Shown here: positions 37,205-46,413 of the stretch, piece by piece | Layout of the letters: each line of letters begins with the position of its first letter | Numbering within the stretch: position 1 is the stretch's first letter | Assembly: GCA_963809895.1 (NCBI GenBank) | Contig: CAWELD010000003.1 | Coordinates: forward strand, 1,792,001-1,856,000 | Reading direction: 5' to 3' | Length of the DNA: 64,000 nucleotides | Source of the DNA: an uncultured Gemmatimonadales bacterium | GTDB taxonomy: Bacteria > Gemmatimonadota > Gemmatimonadetes > Longimicrobiales > Gaopeijiaceae | Program-made: the position numbers and the translations under genes | The notes under the pieces: generated by a model | Databases searched by the model: none | What the model saw: only the letters and a program-made list of their open reading frames with translations | Told to the model about the DNA's origin: nothing

Positions 37205-39895
37205 ATGAGCGGAGAGGAACGAGAGGACTGGGGCCGGGACGACCGGCCGCGTCAGGACCCGGAGCGGGACGTCCAGGACGAGATCGCGTTCCACATGGAG
37301 ATGCGGATCCGCGAGAACGTGGCCCGGGGGATGAGCCCGGAGGCTGCACGAGAGGAAGCCGAAGGACGTTTCGGCAATCCCCGGCGCGTCGAACGGGAGA
37401 TGCTGGCCATCGGAGTCCGGGGCGGCTCACCGGTGGGCGCCGCCCGAGGCCCCGAGCTCCTGCGGGAGCTGTCCCGGGCCGTACGCACGCTTCGGCGCAG
37501 ACCCGCCTTCACGGCCGTGACGGTCCTCACCCTGGCGCTGGGCATCGGTGCCGCCACCGCGGTCTTCAGCGTGGCGAACTGGCTCCTCTTTCGCACCGTC
37601 GCCGGCGTGCAGTCCCCGGACTCCCTGGTCACGGTGACGATCGCCACGGAGAGCTCACCCGACGGCGCCTTCTTCTTCGATCACCCCAGCTACGAGGCAT
37701 TCCAGGGCGCGGCGCCCGCGTTGAGCGGGCTCACGGCCTCGCAGGTCACCGAGGCCAACGTCTGGCTCCCGGGCAGCGACCGGCCGCAGCGGATGACCGC
37801 GGCCTACGTGGCACCCGACTTCTCCCGCGTCCTGGGACTCCGTCCGTTGGCCGGCCGCACCTTCACCGCGGAAGACCGGGTCGAGCCCCACGTGACGCTC
37901 ATCAGCGACCACCTGTGGGCGACCCTGTACGGCCGGAATCCGGCGGCGGTGGGGTCGACGCTGACGGTGAACGGATCGGCGGTGACGGTGGTGGGGGTGG
38001 CGCCGGCCGACTTCCGCGGCGTCCAGCTCCTGGGCGACACCGACCTGTGGATCCCGGTGGAGGCCCGCGACGTGGTCCTGGCCTCGGCGCCCGCCGACGT
38101 GCTGTCCAGCGACTGGAACATCTGGAGCCAGATGGTGGGACGACTCGCTCCGGGCGCCACGCTGGAACAGGCGGCCCAGCAACTCACGGCGGTGGCCACG
38201 GGACTGCGAAGCGATGCGGGAGGGTCCCTGCCCACGAAGGCGGTGGCCCGCACGCGCGCGGGCATCGGCCTGACGCCGTGGCAGCGTGGCCAACTCAGCG
38301 AGATCTTCCGGGTGCTGGCGGGCGTGGTGGGGCTCCTGCTGCTGCTGGCGTGCGCCAACGCCGCCAACCTGCTCCTGGCCCGCATCGGAGGACGGGCCGA
38401 CGAGCTGTCCATCCGCCGGGCCATCGGCGCCGGCCACCGCCGCATCGTGCGCCTGTTGGTGACCGAAGCCGGACTCGTGGTCTGCATCGCCGGCGTCGTC
38501 GGTGTGGGGCTCGCCGCCGGCGCCGTGCGCCTCTTTCGGGGGGAGCGCTTGCTCACCTTCATGCCACCGCTGACCGGGACCCGGCTCGACGGCCGCGTCC
38601 TCCTCTTCGCGTTGGCCCTCAGCCTGGCTACGGGGCTGGTCTTCGGCGTGATCCCCTCGCTGCTGGCGAGCCGGCGCCTGGGCACCGTGCTCCGGTCCGG
38701 TGCGCGCAGCGTGAGTCGGCGCGGCCCGAGCCAGGTGCTGGTGATGGCGCAGGTCGCCATCTCGGTGACCCTGGTGGTGGGCGCGGGGCTGCTCCTGAAC
38801 ACGGTGGTCCGCCTCAACCACCAGGAGCTCGGGTTCCGCCCCCAGGGCGTGCTGGAGGCCTCGGTGGACCCGGGATCGCAGGGCTACGAGCCCGCCCGCA
38901 TGCAGTCCTTCTTCCGCGAGCTCCGCACCCGGGCCGCGGCGCTGCCGGGCGTCCAGGCCGCCGGACTGTCCTGGATCCCGGTCCAGGGACGGGACCGCGC
39001 GGGCAACGTCGTGCGACCGGAGGGTCTCGCGCAGGACGACGAGCGCGCAGTTCAGGCCGCGGCGAACCAGATCACCCCCGGCTTCCTCACCGCCGTGGGC
39101 ATCGAGCTGATCGCGGGGCGTGACTTCCGGGGTGACGAGCTGTTCGACGAGCAGGGCGATGTCGTGATCGTGAGCGAGGCCGTGGCCGCCCGCATGTTTC
39201 CCGGAGGCGACGCCCTCGGCCGCATCGTGGATCTGGGGTACCGCGAGCCCGAGCTCCGCGAGATCGTGGGGATCGTGGGCGACGCCCGCGTCAACACGGT
39301 CAAGGACGCGGAGGACGGCCTCGTCTTCCAGCCGCTGGGCGTGCCCTGGAGCCCCACCCGCGCCACGCTGTACGTGCGAGGCCAGGGGGATCGCATGCCC
39401 GACCCCGGCACCCTGCATCGACTTCTCACCGAGCTGGATCCCGCCCTGCCCTTCTACGACATGCAGCCCCTGACCCGGCGCGTCGCCGGCACCCTGACCA
39501 TGGAGCGCGTGCTCGCACGCCTCACGGCGGTCTTCGCCACGCTGGCCCTCGTACTGGCCGCGGTGGGGCTCTACGGGATGATGACCGTCGCCGTCCAGAG
39601 CCGGGTCCGGGAGATGGGGATCCGCCTGGCGCTGGGGGCCCGGCCGCAGCAGGTCCGGCACATGGTCCTGCGCCGTGGTCTCCTCCTCACCGTCGCAGGC
39701 GTGGCGGTGGGGCTGCTGGCTTCGACCCAGGCCACGCGCCTGATCCGGTCGCGGCTCTGGGGCGTGGGTCCGTGGGATCCCGTGGTGTTCGGCGCCGCCG
39801 CCCTGGTGCTGCTGGCCACGGCCGTGGTGGCGTGCTGGATCCCGGCGGCCCGCGCCACCCGGGTGGACGCCGTGGCGACGCTGACGGAGGAGTAG
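37205..39895 (+). CDS. ADOP-family ABC-type permease
   Basis: EIAFHMEMR…RFG prefix; LTLALGIGAATAVFS; LACANAANLLL; REMGIRLALGA; PAARATRVD. Confidence 0.94.
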   Translation: MSGEEREDWGRDDRPRQDPERDVQDEIAFHMEMRIRENVARGMSPEAAREEAEGRFGNPRRVEREMLAIGVRGGSPVGAARGPELLRELSRAVRTLRRRPAFTAVTVLTLALGIGAATAVFSVANWLLFRTVAGVQSPDSLVTVTIATESSPDGAFFFDHPSYEAFQGAAPALSGLTASQVTEANVWLPGSDRPQRMTAAYVAPDFSRVLGLRPLAGRTFTAEDRVEPHVTLISDHLWATLYGRNPAAVGSTLTVNGSAVTVVGVAPADFRGVQLLGDTDLWIPVEARDVVLASAPADVLSSDWNIWSQMVGRLAPGATLEQAAQQLTAVATGLRSDAGGSLPTKAVARTRAGIGLTPWQRGQLSEIFRVLAGVVGLLLLLACANAANLLLARIGGRADELSIRRAIGAGHRRIVRLLVTEAGLVVCIAGVVGVGLAAGAVRLFRGERLLTFMPPLTGTRLDGRVLLFALALSLATGLVFGVIPSLLASRRLGTVLRSGARSVSRRGPSQVLVMAQVAISVTLVVGAGLLLNTVVRLNHQELGFRPQGVLEASVDPGSQGYEPARMQSFFRELRTRAAALPGVQAAGLSWIPVQGRDRAGNVVRPEGLAQDDERAVQAAANQITPGFLTAVGIELIAGRDFRGDELFDEQGDVVIVSEAVAARMFPGGDALGRIVDLGYREPELREIVGIVGDARVNTVKDAEDGLVFQPLGVPWSPTRATLYVRGQGDRMPDPGTLHRLLTELDPALPFYDMQPLTRRVAGTLTMERVLARLTAVFATLALVLAAVGLYGMMTVAVQSRVREMGIRLALGARPQQVRHMVLRRGLLLTVAGVAVGLLASTQATRLIRSRLWGVGPWDPVVFGAAALVLLATAVVACWIPAARATRVDAVATLTEE

Positions 39896-39904
39896 CATAG
39901 CAGC

Positions 39905-39938
39905 GACCCCTCCGCCACCCTCAGGCGACGGAGGGGTC
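39905..39938. terminator. Hairpin between convergent genes (probable terminator)
   Basis: GACCCCTCCG…CGGAGGGGTC, a 10-bp perfect stem. Confidence 0.55.
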
Positions 39939-39970
39939 AGAGCGCCTCCAAGGGTCCGGAAGAGCCGGAA

Positions 39971-40246
39971 TCAGGACCCGCAGCTGACGGACAGGCTGCC
40001 GTGGTCCGACGCGCCGGGTCCTACCTGGAGCGTGGCCCGCAGGCGCCCGCCACCGGCCTTGTTGGCGGGCAGGATCATCTGGAGCTGGAGCGACGACACC
40101 AGCGTGACCCGGTCCGTCACGACGCTCCGGTGGTGCTCCTGGACCTTCGCCTCCATGGGCTCCCCGACCTCACCGGTGCCCACGTCGATGGGCGTGAGCG
40201 AGAGGCGGCCGCGCGCCTGGAAGTTGCTGTGCAGATTCCCGTGGGA
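39971..40246 (-). pseudogene. Probable 3' remnant of a beta-rich hypothetical gene
   Basis: Coding-like SHGNLHSNFQARGRLSLTPID…HGSLSVSCGS* starts right after the DUF2332 stop with no convincing 5' start. A 61-aa gene from ATG 40156 is the alternative. Confidence 0.45.
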
Positions 40247-40254
40247 GGCGTGCC

Positions 40255-41292
40255 TCAGCGAGGGCGCAGAAGCTCCCGGAGCGTCCCCACCGCCTCGTGG
40301 TCGGGCTCGATGAGCGACGGATGGGGATCGCACGAGGCGAGTTGGAGGGTCTCCCCGGACAGGTGGATCGTGATCGCCGCGGGCGGGCCGCCTTCCCGGG
40401 CGACCTTCGTGACCTCGAGTTCGACCCACAGGGCCGCGCCCGGGGCGTGGCCCGCGATCCATGCGCGCATCCCCTCTTCGTAGCGACGCAGCTCGTCGGC
40501 GGGCAGGTAGTCCCGCATGACGGTCTGGAAGGCGAGCATGCGGGTGTGTGGAGGCGCGTCGGTGGGGAGCAACGCCGGCACGTCTCCCGCGGAGGCCGCC
40601 ACCAGCTCCGGACGCGGATCACTGGCGCGCCACGCCCGGATGGCGGCCTCCAGGCGGTGCTGCCGGCTGGCCTGCCCGGGCCACACGCAGGCCCGCAACC
40701 AGCGCGCGCTGTCCTCGTCGGTGACGTCCAGCGGGCGCAGGTCGTAGCCTCGACGGAGGGTGATCTCCGGCAGGGGATCCACCTGAACCGGTTCACCACC
40801 GGGCCGGGTCCAGACTCGCGGGAGGGCGTCGGCGACCAGGTTGAGTCCCGCGCTGGTGCCCACGTCGAAGATTTGCAGCCTCGCCCGCGGATCGACCTCG
40901 GCCAGGATGTGGGCCGGCCACAACCACGCCGCCGCCCTCGTGGTCTCGTTGGTCTGCACGTAGCGGCGGCGCAGGGATGCCCACAACGGCCGATCGGGGG
41001 TGAGGGCGACGGCCACGGCCTCGGGCGTGATGACGGCGAGCTCCGGTTCGGTGCCCATGGCCGCGAACAGCGGATGCGCCGGCCCCTCGGCCAGGGCGTC
41101 CGCTCGCAGCGCTGCCAACAGGAGCAGGGGCCGCTCGTACCAGGCCCCGAACGAACGCTCGGCCCACACCTCCGCAAGACGATCCATGGGCAGCGCCTCG
41201 GGAAGGAGCGCCAGGATGCGCGCGTAGGCCGGGGCACGCGTCGCCACGTAGTCCCGCTGCGAAGCCAGGTCTTCGAGAAGGCCCTCGATCAT
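40255..41292 (-). CDS. DUF2332 family protein
   Basis: VQTNETTR, DVGTSAGLNL, WLRACVWPGQ..R..RL; ATGA-coupled to the PIN toxin. Confidence 0.85.
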   Translation of the reverse strand: MIEGLLEDLASQRDYVATRAPAYARILALLPEALPMDRLAEVWAERSFGAWYERPLLLLAALRADALAEGPAHPLFAAMGTEPELAVITPEAVAVALTPDRPLWASLRRRYVQTNETTRAAAWLWPAHILAEVDPRARLQIFDVGTSAGLNLVADALPRVWTRPGGEPVQVDPLPEITLRRGYDLRPLDVTDEDSARWLRACVWPGQASRQHRLEAAIRAWRASDPRPELVAASAGDVPALLPTDAPPHTRMLAFQTVMRDYLPADELRRYEEGMRAWIAGHAPGAALWVELEVTKVAREGGPPAAITIHLSGETLQLASCDPHPSLIEPDHEAVGTLRELLRPR

Positions 41293-41705
41293 GCCATCAG
41301 ACGCCGGTAGCCGGCGACCTCGAAGTGGTGATCGAAGGCGAAGGCCGTGGTCAGATCCAGGCGGCGCATGACCTCGAAGCTCACGGCGTCGGCAAGGGAG
41401 AAGTGCTGATCCCGGAAGCGTCGCATCCAACGCTCCAGGGCTTCGCCGATCAGCTCCGTCGAGGCGTCGAGCCACTCGTGGGCCGGATCGGCCATCAGGC
41501 GTTCGAGGTGTTCGCGGGCCACCTCGGGCCCGCGACGATGGAGGAGGTGTCCGTGAAGCTCCGCAAGCACGAGGGTCGTGCCCACCCATCGCCCCCCGGT
41601 GGCCAGGAAGCGACGACCGATGGCCACGGCCTCCTCGTGGTGTTGGTCGCGCGGATTCGCCACGGCCAACAACGCGCCGGTGTCAACGAGCGCTCGACTC
41701 GCCAT
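41289..41705 (-). CDS. vapC: PIN domain (VapC) toxin
   Basis: ALVDTGALLA…RDQHH…VLAE…FSLADAVSF…AFAFDHHF. Confidence 0.92.
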   Translation of the reverse strand: MASRALVDTGALLAVANPRDQHHEEAVAIGRRFLATGGRWVGTTLVLAELHGHLLHRRGPEVAREHLERLMADPAHEWLDASTELIGEALERWMRRFRDQHFSLADAVSFEVMRRLDLTTAFAFDHHFEVAGYRRLMA

Positions 41706-41982
41706 CGTCGAGATCCGTGCCGTAGAGGTAGCGCTCGTGATGCTCGGCCAGGTCGTCGGGGAGCGACGGATCGTCACCCAGGGCCCCGACGAGTCCTTCG
41801 AACGCCGTCCCCGGCGCGTGCTCCGTCAAGAGATCACCGGCCACCCGGCGGAGACCCCGTCTCAGGATCTCGGCCCGCGAAAGCCCTGTCCGCTCGGCGG
41901 TCTCGTCCAACAACGAACGGTCGGCCGGGTCCAGGTAGACCTGCACCGGCTCCTTGACCTGAGCGCGTTTTCGTGGGGCCAT
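41683..41982 (-). CDS. Ribbon-helix-helix (CopG-type) antitoxin
   Basis: VQVYL…LDETAERTGLSRAEILRRGL; C-terminal DLAEHHERYLYG; overlaps vapC. Confidence 0.88.
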   Translation of the reverse strand: MAPRKRAQVKEPVQVYLDPADRSLLDETAERTGLSRAEILRRGLRRVAGDLLTEHAPGTAFEGLVGALGDDPSLPDDLAEHHERYLYGTDLDDGESSAR

Positions 41983-41989
41983 CGGTCTT

Positions 41990-42019
41990 CATGTAAAGGT
42001 TACATGCATACTATGCATG
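41990..42019. promoter_or_regulatory. TA operator: two overlapping perfect palindromes
   Basis: CATGTAA-AGG-TTACATG (41990-42006) and CATGCATA-C-TATGCATG (42003-42019), directly upstream of the antitoxin ATG. Confidence 0.75.
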
Positions 42020-42065
42020 CAATCTTGTGACAGGTCGGGCACTCTGTCAAATGAAGAGGCCCACG

Positions 42066-43493
42066 TCAGCTCCCCAGCCCTTCCTCGACGATGGCCTCCC
42101 GGGCCACGCGCTCCTCGATATCGGCCTTGCCCGCGGCCAGCGACGGACGCTGCCAGCGGCCGCGCCGGAACCAGCCCATGGCCAGCGCCGCGCCCAGGAC
42201 GTTGGAGACCGGATAGGCCCAGAAGATGCCTGTCTCGGCGAGCCCGCTACGGCTGGAGAGGATCCACGCGGTGGGAAACAGGAACACCCACAGCTGCGTC
42301 ACGGTGAGCACCAGCGACGCGCCCGTGGCACCTGCCCCGCGCAGCGCCCCGGTGAGCACCTGCTGCACGCCGATGAAGCCGAAGAAGAGGCCGATGATGC
42401 GGAGGAAGCGGGTGCCGATGGCCAGGACCTCGGGGGCGTCGGGCACGAAGGCGGCGATGAGCGCGGGGGCGAACACGAAGATGAGGACGCCCGCGACCGA
42501 CATCCCCAGGAACGCGATGCGCACCCCCGTCCAGGCCGTGCGCATGGCGCGCTCCGGTCGGCCGGCGCCGATGTTCTGGCCCACCACGGTGGTGGTGGCC
42601 ATGGACAGGCCCAGCGCGGGGATGATGATGAAGCCCAGGATGCGCACACCGATGCCGTAGGCGGCGGTCACGGTGGTGCCGAAGCCCGTGACCAGCAGCA
42701 TCATCACCGAGAAGCCCAGCCCCCGGGCCGACTGCTCCAGCGACGACGGGATCCCCAGCGTCAGGATCTTCCGGATCAGAGGTGCGTCGGGCCACAGATC
42801 GCGCAGGTGCAGATGGATGCCGAAGCGCCCGCGGGTGAGCACCCATACGCCGACCACCGCGGCGATGGATTGCGTGAAGATCGTGGCCAGCGCCGCACCG
42901 CCGACACCCATGGGCGCGATGGGCCCCCATCCCAGGATGAGAAGGGGGTCGAGGACGAAGTTGAGGGCGACTGTGCCCGCGACGATATACAGTGGCGTGC
43001 GTACGTCTCCCACCCCGCGCATGAGCGACTGCACGACGAAGTAGATGAAGACCGCCACCATCCCCAGGAAGGAGATGCGCAGGTAGTCGGCGGCCATGGC
43101 GCCCACCGTGGCGTCCGGTGCGAACAGCCGCATGAGCGGGTCGGTGAGCAGGTAGCCGGCGACGGACAGCCCGATGGAGACGACCCCCACGGCCAGGAGC
43201 GTCTGCGCCGACACGTGGTCCACGGCCTCGGAATTCCCGGCACCGTAGTGCTGGGCCACCAGGATCGCGCCGGCGATGGCCAGACCACCGCCCAGGGCGA
43301 TCATGACGAACAGGATGGGGAAGCTCACCGAGACCGCCGCCACCGCCTCGGGCCCCAGGCGACCGACCCAGAAGGTGTCGATGAGCTGATAGACGGTCTG
43401 CAGGAGGTTGGCGGCCACGATGGGGCCGGCCAGCGCCAGCAGCGCGCGGGTGATGGAGCCCGACGTGAGATCCCGCGTCGGGCGCCGGGTCAT
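42066..43493 (-). CDS. MATE family efflux transporter
   Basis: DLTSGSI…YQLIDTFWVGRLG…RGVGDVRTP…LNFVLDPLLI; 12 TM segments. Confidence 0.95.
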   Translation of the reverse strand: MTRRPTRDLTSGSITRALLALAGPIVAANLLQTVYQLIDTFWVGRLGPEAVAAVSVSFPILFVMIALGGGLAIAGAILVAQHYGAGNSEAVDHVSAQTLLAVGVVSIGLSVAGYLLTDPLMRLFAPDATVGAMAADYLRISFLGMVAVFIYFVVQSLMRGVGDVRTPLYIVAGTVALNFVLDPLLILGWGPIAPMGVGGAALATIFTQSIAAVVGVWVLTRGRFGIHLHLRDLWPDAPLIRKILTLGIPSSLEQSARGLGFSVMMLLVTGFGTTVTAAYGIGVRILGFIIIPALGLSMATTTVVGQNIGAGRPERAMRTAWTGVRIAFLGMSVAGVLIFVFAPALIAAFVPDAPEVLAIGTRFLRIIGLFFGFIGVQQVLTGALRGAGATGASLVLTVTQLWVFLFPTAWILSSRSGLAETGIFWAYPVSNVLGAALAMGWFRRGRWQRPSLAAGKADIEERVAREAIVEEGLGS

Positions 43494-45775
43494 GCCCGCG
43501 ACGCCTCCCGCGTCCGCTCCTGCAGCAGGTCGATGAGCTGGCTGGCCGTGCCTTCGCGGCCGCCAGTGAGCTCGTCCAGCGAGGCTGCGTCCACCAGCGC
43601 GGCCGCGTCCGCTTCCGAGAGCGACAGGTCGTCGGCCAGGCTGCGGATGAGCTGAAGCTGCTTCCTGCTGGGCGGGCGCCGTTCGTCGTAGACGGCCTTC
43701 AGCTCGGTGATGGCCTCGCTGGCCTGGTCGCTGTGGACGATGTCATCCAGCGAACGCACACCGGCGATCTCGTGGAGATCCTCCTCGCCGAGTCCCAGAT
43801 CGTCGGCAAGCTCCCGCAGGTAGTGCATCTGCTTCTCGGTGGGCGCCGGCTTGATGCCGTCGTGCTTGAGGCTCGCGATGAGGTCCGTGGCCTCTCGGTG
43901 GGTGAGCGACGCCAGGCCGGGCTCGTGCCGCTCCTTGACCTCTGGCGGGGCATTGGCCAGGAGCCGCTGCAGGAGCTCGATCTGACTCGGTACGATCGAC
44001 CCCGCCTGCTTCTGCTCGCGGGCAGCGTCATGCAGCTCACGGATCTGGTCGCGCCACCGCTCCCAGCTCTCGGGGGCCGGCAGCTCACCGCGGGCGATGG
44101 CGTCCAGACGCTCCTCCATCTGCGCGGTGAAGTCCGTGTCGAAGAGCTCCATGGCCTCGCCGTTCTCTTTGCCGGGTTCCGAGTACAGCGGCGCCACGTC
44201 GAGCCAGGCCGCCCTGCCCCGCTCGGTGGGCGCCAGGCTACCGTCCTCCATCTCCACGTACCTGCGCTCCTCCAGCTTGTCCAGGGTGCGGCTGTAGGTG
44301 GAGGGACGGCCGATACCGGCGTCCTTCATGGCCTTGATGAGCGTATGGGGACGGTACCGGGGCGGCGGCCGCGTCTCGTCCTCGACGAGCCGGGGATTGT
44401 CGGCGTCCTCGGTGGCGGGATCCAGCGGCCACACCGCGCCTTCCTCCAGCGGCACGTCGGGCGGCGCCACGGCCACGTCGCCCATGAACTCGCGGTACGC
44501 CGCCTCCCACCCGTCGAAGGTGCGCCAGGAGACGCTCCCGGTGAGGCGCCGGTCCAGCTCGGCGCAGGACGCATCGATGCTCACCACGTTCCGTACCGAC
44601 GGTGCCATCTGGCTCGCCAGCGTCTGGGCCCGCACCAACCGGTACAGGCGGCGCGCGTCGGCGTCGTCCACGGCAGGCTCGTCCAGCTCCAGCCGGGTGG
44701 GGCGGATGGCCTCGTGGGCATCCTGGGTCGGGCCGGCGCCGGCCGCGGCGCGGGCACCCGGTCCCAGATGATCCTCACCGAAGCCGTCCTTCACGACGGC
44801 GCGAGCCTTCTCCACCGCCGACGCCGCCAGCCGCGTGGAGTCGGTGCGGATGTAGGTGATGTGGCCCGCCTCGTAGAGCATGGACGCCAGCACCGAGGTC
44901 TTGCGGGGTGACCACCCGAAGCGCGATCCCGCCGCCTGCAGGAGGGCATCGGTGGTGAACGGCGCCGAGGGCCGCCGGGACCGGGTGCTGGACTTGACCC
45001 CCTCCACCCTCACCCGGCCCGCCGCCGTCAGGGCGGCCAGCGCTCCCTCCGCCAGCTCGCCGTCGAAGGTGCGCGTCGGGTTGACCCGGCCGCCGTCGTC
45101 CTTCCAGGCGGCGGGGTCGTCGGGCTCGTGGAAGCGCACCTGCAGATCGATGCCCCGGGCCGCCGCGTGCACCTCGAAATAGGGGATGGGAACGTGGGCT
45201 TCACGCTGCAGCTCGCGCTCCACCACGAAGCCCAGCGTCGGCGTCTGCACACGACCCATGGACGCCGAGCCGCCGGGCACGATGGAGCGCGCCATGCGCG
45301 AGGTCCGGTAGCCCACCAGACGGTCCAGGAATTTGCGCACCAGCGCGCTGTCCACCATGCGGGCGTCCACGCCGCGCGGGTGCTCGAGGGCAGCCTCCAC
45401 GGCCTCGCGGGTCACCTCCTGGAAGGTGACGCGATGCGTGGGTCCGTGGGATTGCAGCTTGCGATCGAGCCCCCAGGCGATGAACTCGCCCTCGCGGTCC
45501 GGGTCGGTGGCGATCCAGAAGGTGGCGTCGGCACCCGCTTCGTCGAGGATCTTGCGAATGGCGTCCTCGCCCCGGTCGGTGGGCACCCAAGGCGGTGCCG
45601 GGAGCTCGCCAGGCCGGTTGGCCCAGAACGCCTTGGTGGCGTCCTTGCCGTGCGCCTTGCGGTTGTGGGGCAGGGTTTCGATGTGGCCGCCGGTGGCCAC
45701 CACGACCCAGTCGGCACCGAGGTACCGCTGGAGCGTCTTGGCCTTGGCGCCGGACTCGACGATGAGGACGTTCAA
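43490..45775 (-). CDS. Type IA DNA topoisomerase (TopA-like) with an atypical helical-repeat C-terminus; start TTG ~45775
   Basis: IVESGAKAKT, ATDPDREGE, GRVQTP, GHITYIRTDS (catalytic Tyr), QDAHEAIRPT, GIGRPSTY; no C4 zinc ribbons. Confidence 0.92.
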   Translation of the reverse strand: MNVLIVESGAKAKTLQRYLGADWVVVATGGHIETLPHNRKAHGKDATKAFWANRPGELPAPPWVPTDRGEDAIRKILDEAGADATFWIATDPDREGEFIAWGLDRKLQSHGPTHRVTFQEVTREAVEAALEHPRGVDARMVDSALVRKFLDRLVGYRTSRMARSIVPGGSASMGRVQTPTLGFVVERELQREAHVPIPYFEVHAAARGIDLQVRFHEPDDPAAWKDDGGRVNPTRTFDGELAEGALAALTAAGRVRVEGVKSSTRSRRPSAPFTTDALLQAAGSRFGWSPRKTSVLASMLYEAGHITYIRTDSTRLAASAVEKARAVVKDGFGEDHLGPGARAAAGAGPTQDAHEAIRPTRLELDEPAVDDADARRLYRLVRAQTLASQMAPSVRNVVSIDASCAELDRRLTGSVSWRTFDGWEAAYREFMGDVAVAPPDVPLEEGAVWPLDPATEDADNPRLVEDETRPPPRYRPHTLIKAMKDAGIGRPSTYSRTLDKLEERRYVEMEDGSLAPTERGRAAWLDVAPLYSEPGKENGEAMELFDTDFTAQMEERLDAIARGELPAPESWERWRDQIRELHDAAREQKQAGSIVPSQIELLQRLLANAPPEVKERHEPGLASLTHREATDLIASLKHDGIKPAPTEKQMHYLRELADDLGLGEEDLHEIAGVRSLDDIVHSDQASEAITELKAVYDERRPPSRKQLQLIRSLADDLSLSEADAAALVDAASLDELTGGREGTASQLIDLLQERTREASRA

Positions 45776-45839
45776 ATCAGTTGGCGGGGTGGAAGTGCGG
45801 ATGTCGGACGGGACATAAGGGACTACCACAGAAGGCGCG

Positions 45840-46050
45840 TCACCTCAAGGGCTGGATGAGCCGAGACGCTGTCGTGGGGGGCGGGAACGCGCCTGAGCGC
45901 CGCGACGGTGGCGAGCAGCAGGACGCCCCTTGCCGCACAGAACCCCGGTGCCGCCGGCCCGGTCCATGGGCGCCGTCAGGGTGAGGCCTGCCAGCACGGC
46001 AGCGACGCCCTGGCTGGCGGCCCGGGCGAAGAGGCCGGAGGGATGCGACG
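45840..46050 (-). pseudogene. Possible heavily decayed 3' end of an ADOP permease
   Basis: Fragments in shifting frames (SQGVAAVLAGLTL / GVLLLATVAAL..VPA / TASRLIQPLR*) echo the ADOP C-terminus. Confidence 0.3.
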
Positions 46051-46084
46051 CGGATCGGCGCCCAGCGCCCAACGGCTGCCGCAC

Positions 46085-46256
46085 GCGAGTCGAACCGTAC
46101 CACTGGAGCACCGTTTTCGAACGTTTGGTCGATAGAGCTCGCTGAGCGAGTTGAATCGACGAATGGAGGTCGGCCCGAAACATGGTTGATCGACTTCGAC
46201 TCGCTGAGCGAGTTGAGTCGACGAATCGTCGCTGGAGAGGGCTCCAGTGGAACCGG
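46085..46256. repeat. Tandem palindromic repeats (61-62 bp period) enclosed by an inverted repeat; REP/MITE-like or structured RNA
   Basis: CTCGCTGAGCGAGTTGA(A/G)TCGACGAAT at 46138 and 46200; degenerate copy core at 46085; CCACTGGAGC (46100) / GCTCCAGTGG (46241). Confidence 0.75.
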
Positions 46257-46413
46257 AGCGACACACGAGCCTGGCTCCGGGGTTCCGTCACACGCGCGGG
46301 CGGAAGGCGCGGTGCATTCCGAGGCGCGGTGCCCTCCGAGGCGCCGCGCACTCCGCCGCGCGGCACGCTCCGCGGCCCGACGCCCGACGGAACCCATCCC
46401 CAGGAGCAGACAC

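Noticed and set aside
46138..46226. CRISPR array
   Set aside because: Only two good repeats, spacers similar to each other, no leader and no cas genes in the window; reported as a REP-like repeat instead.
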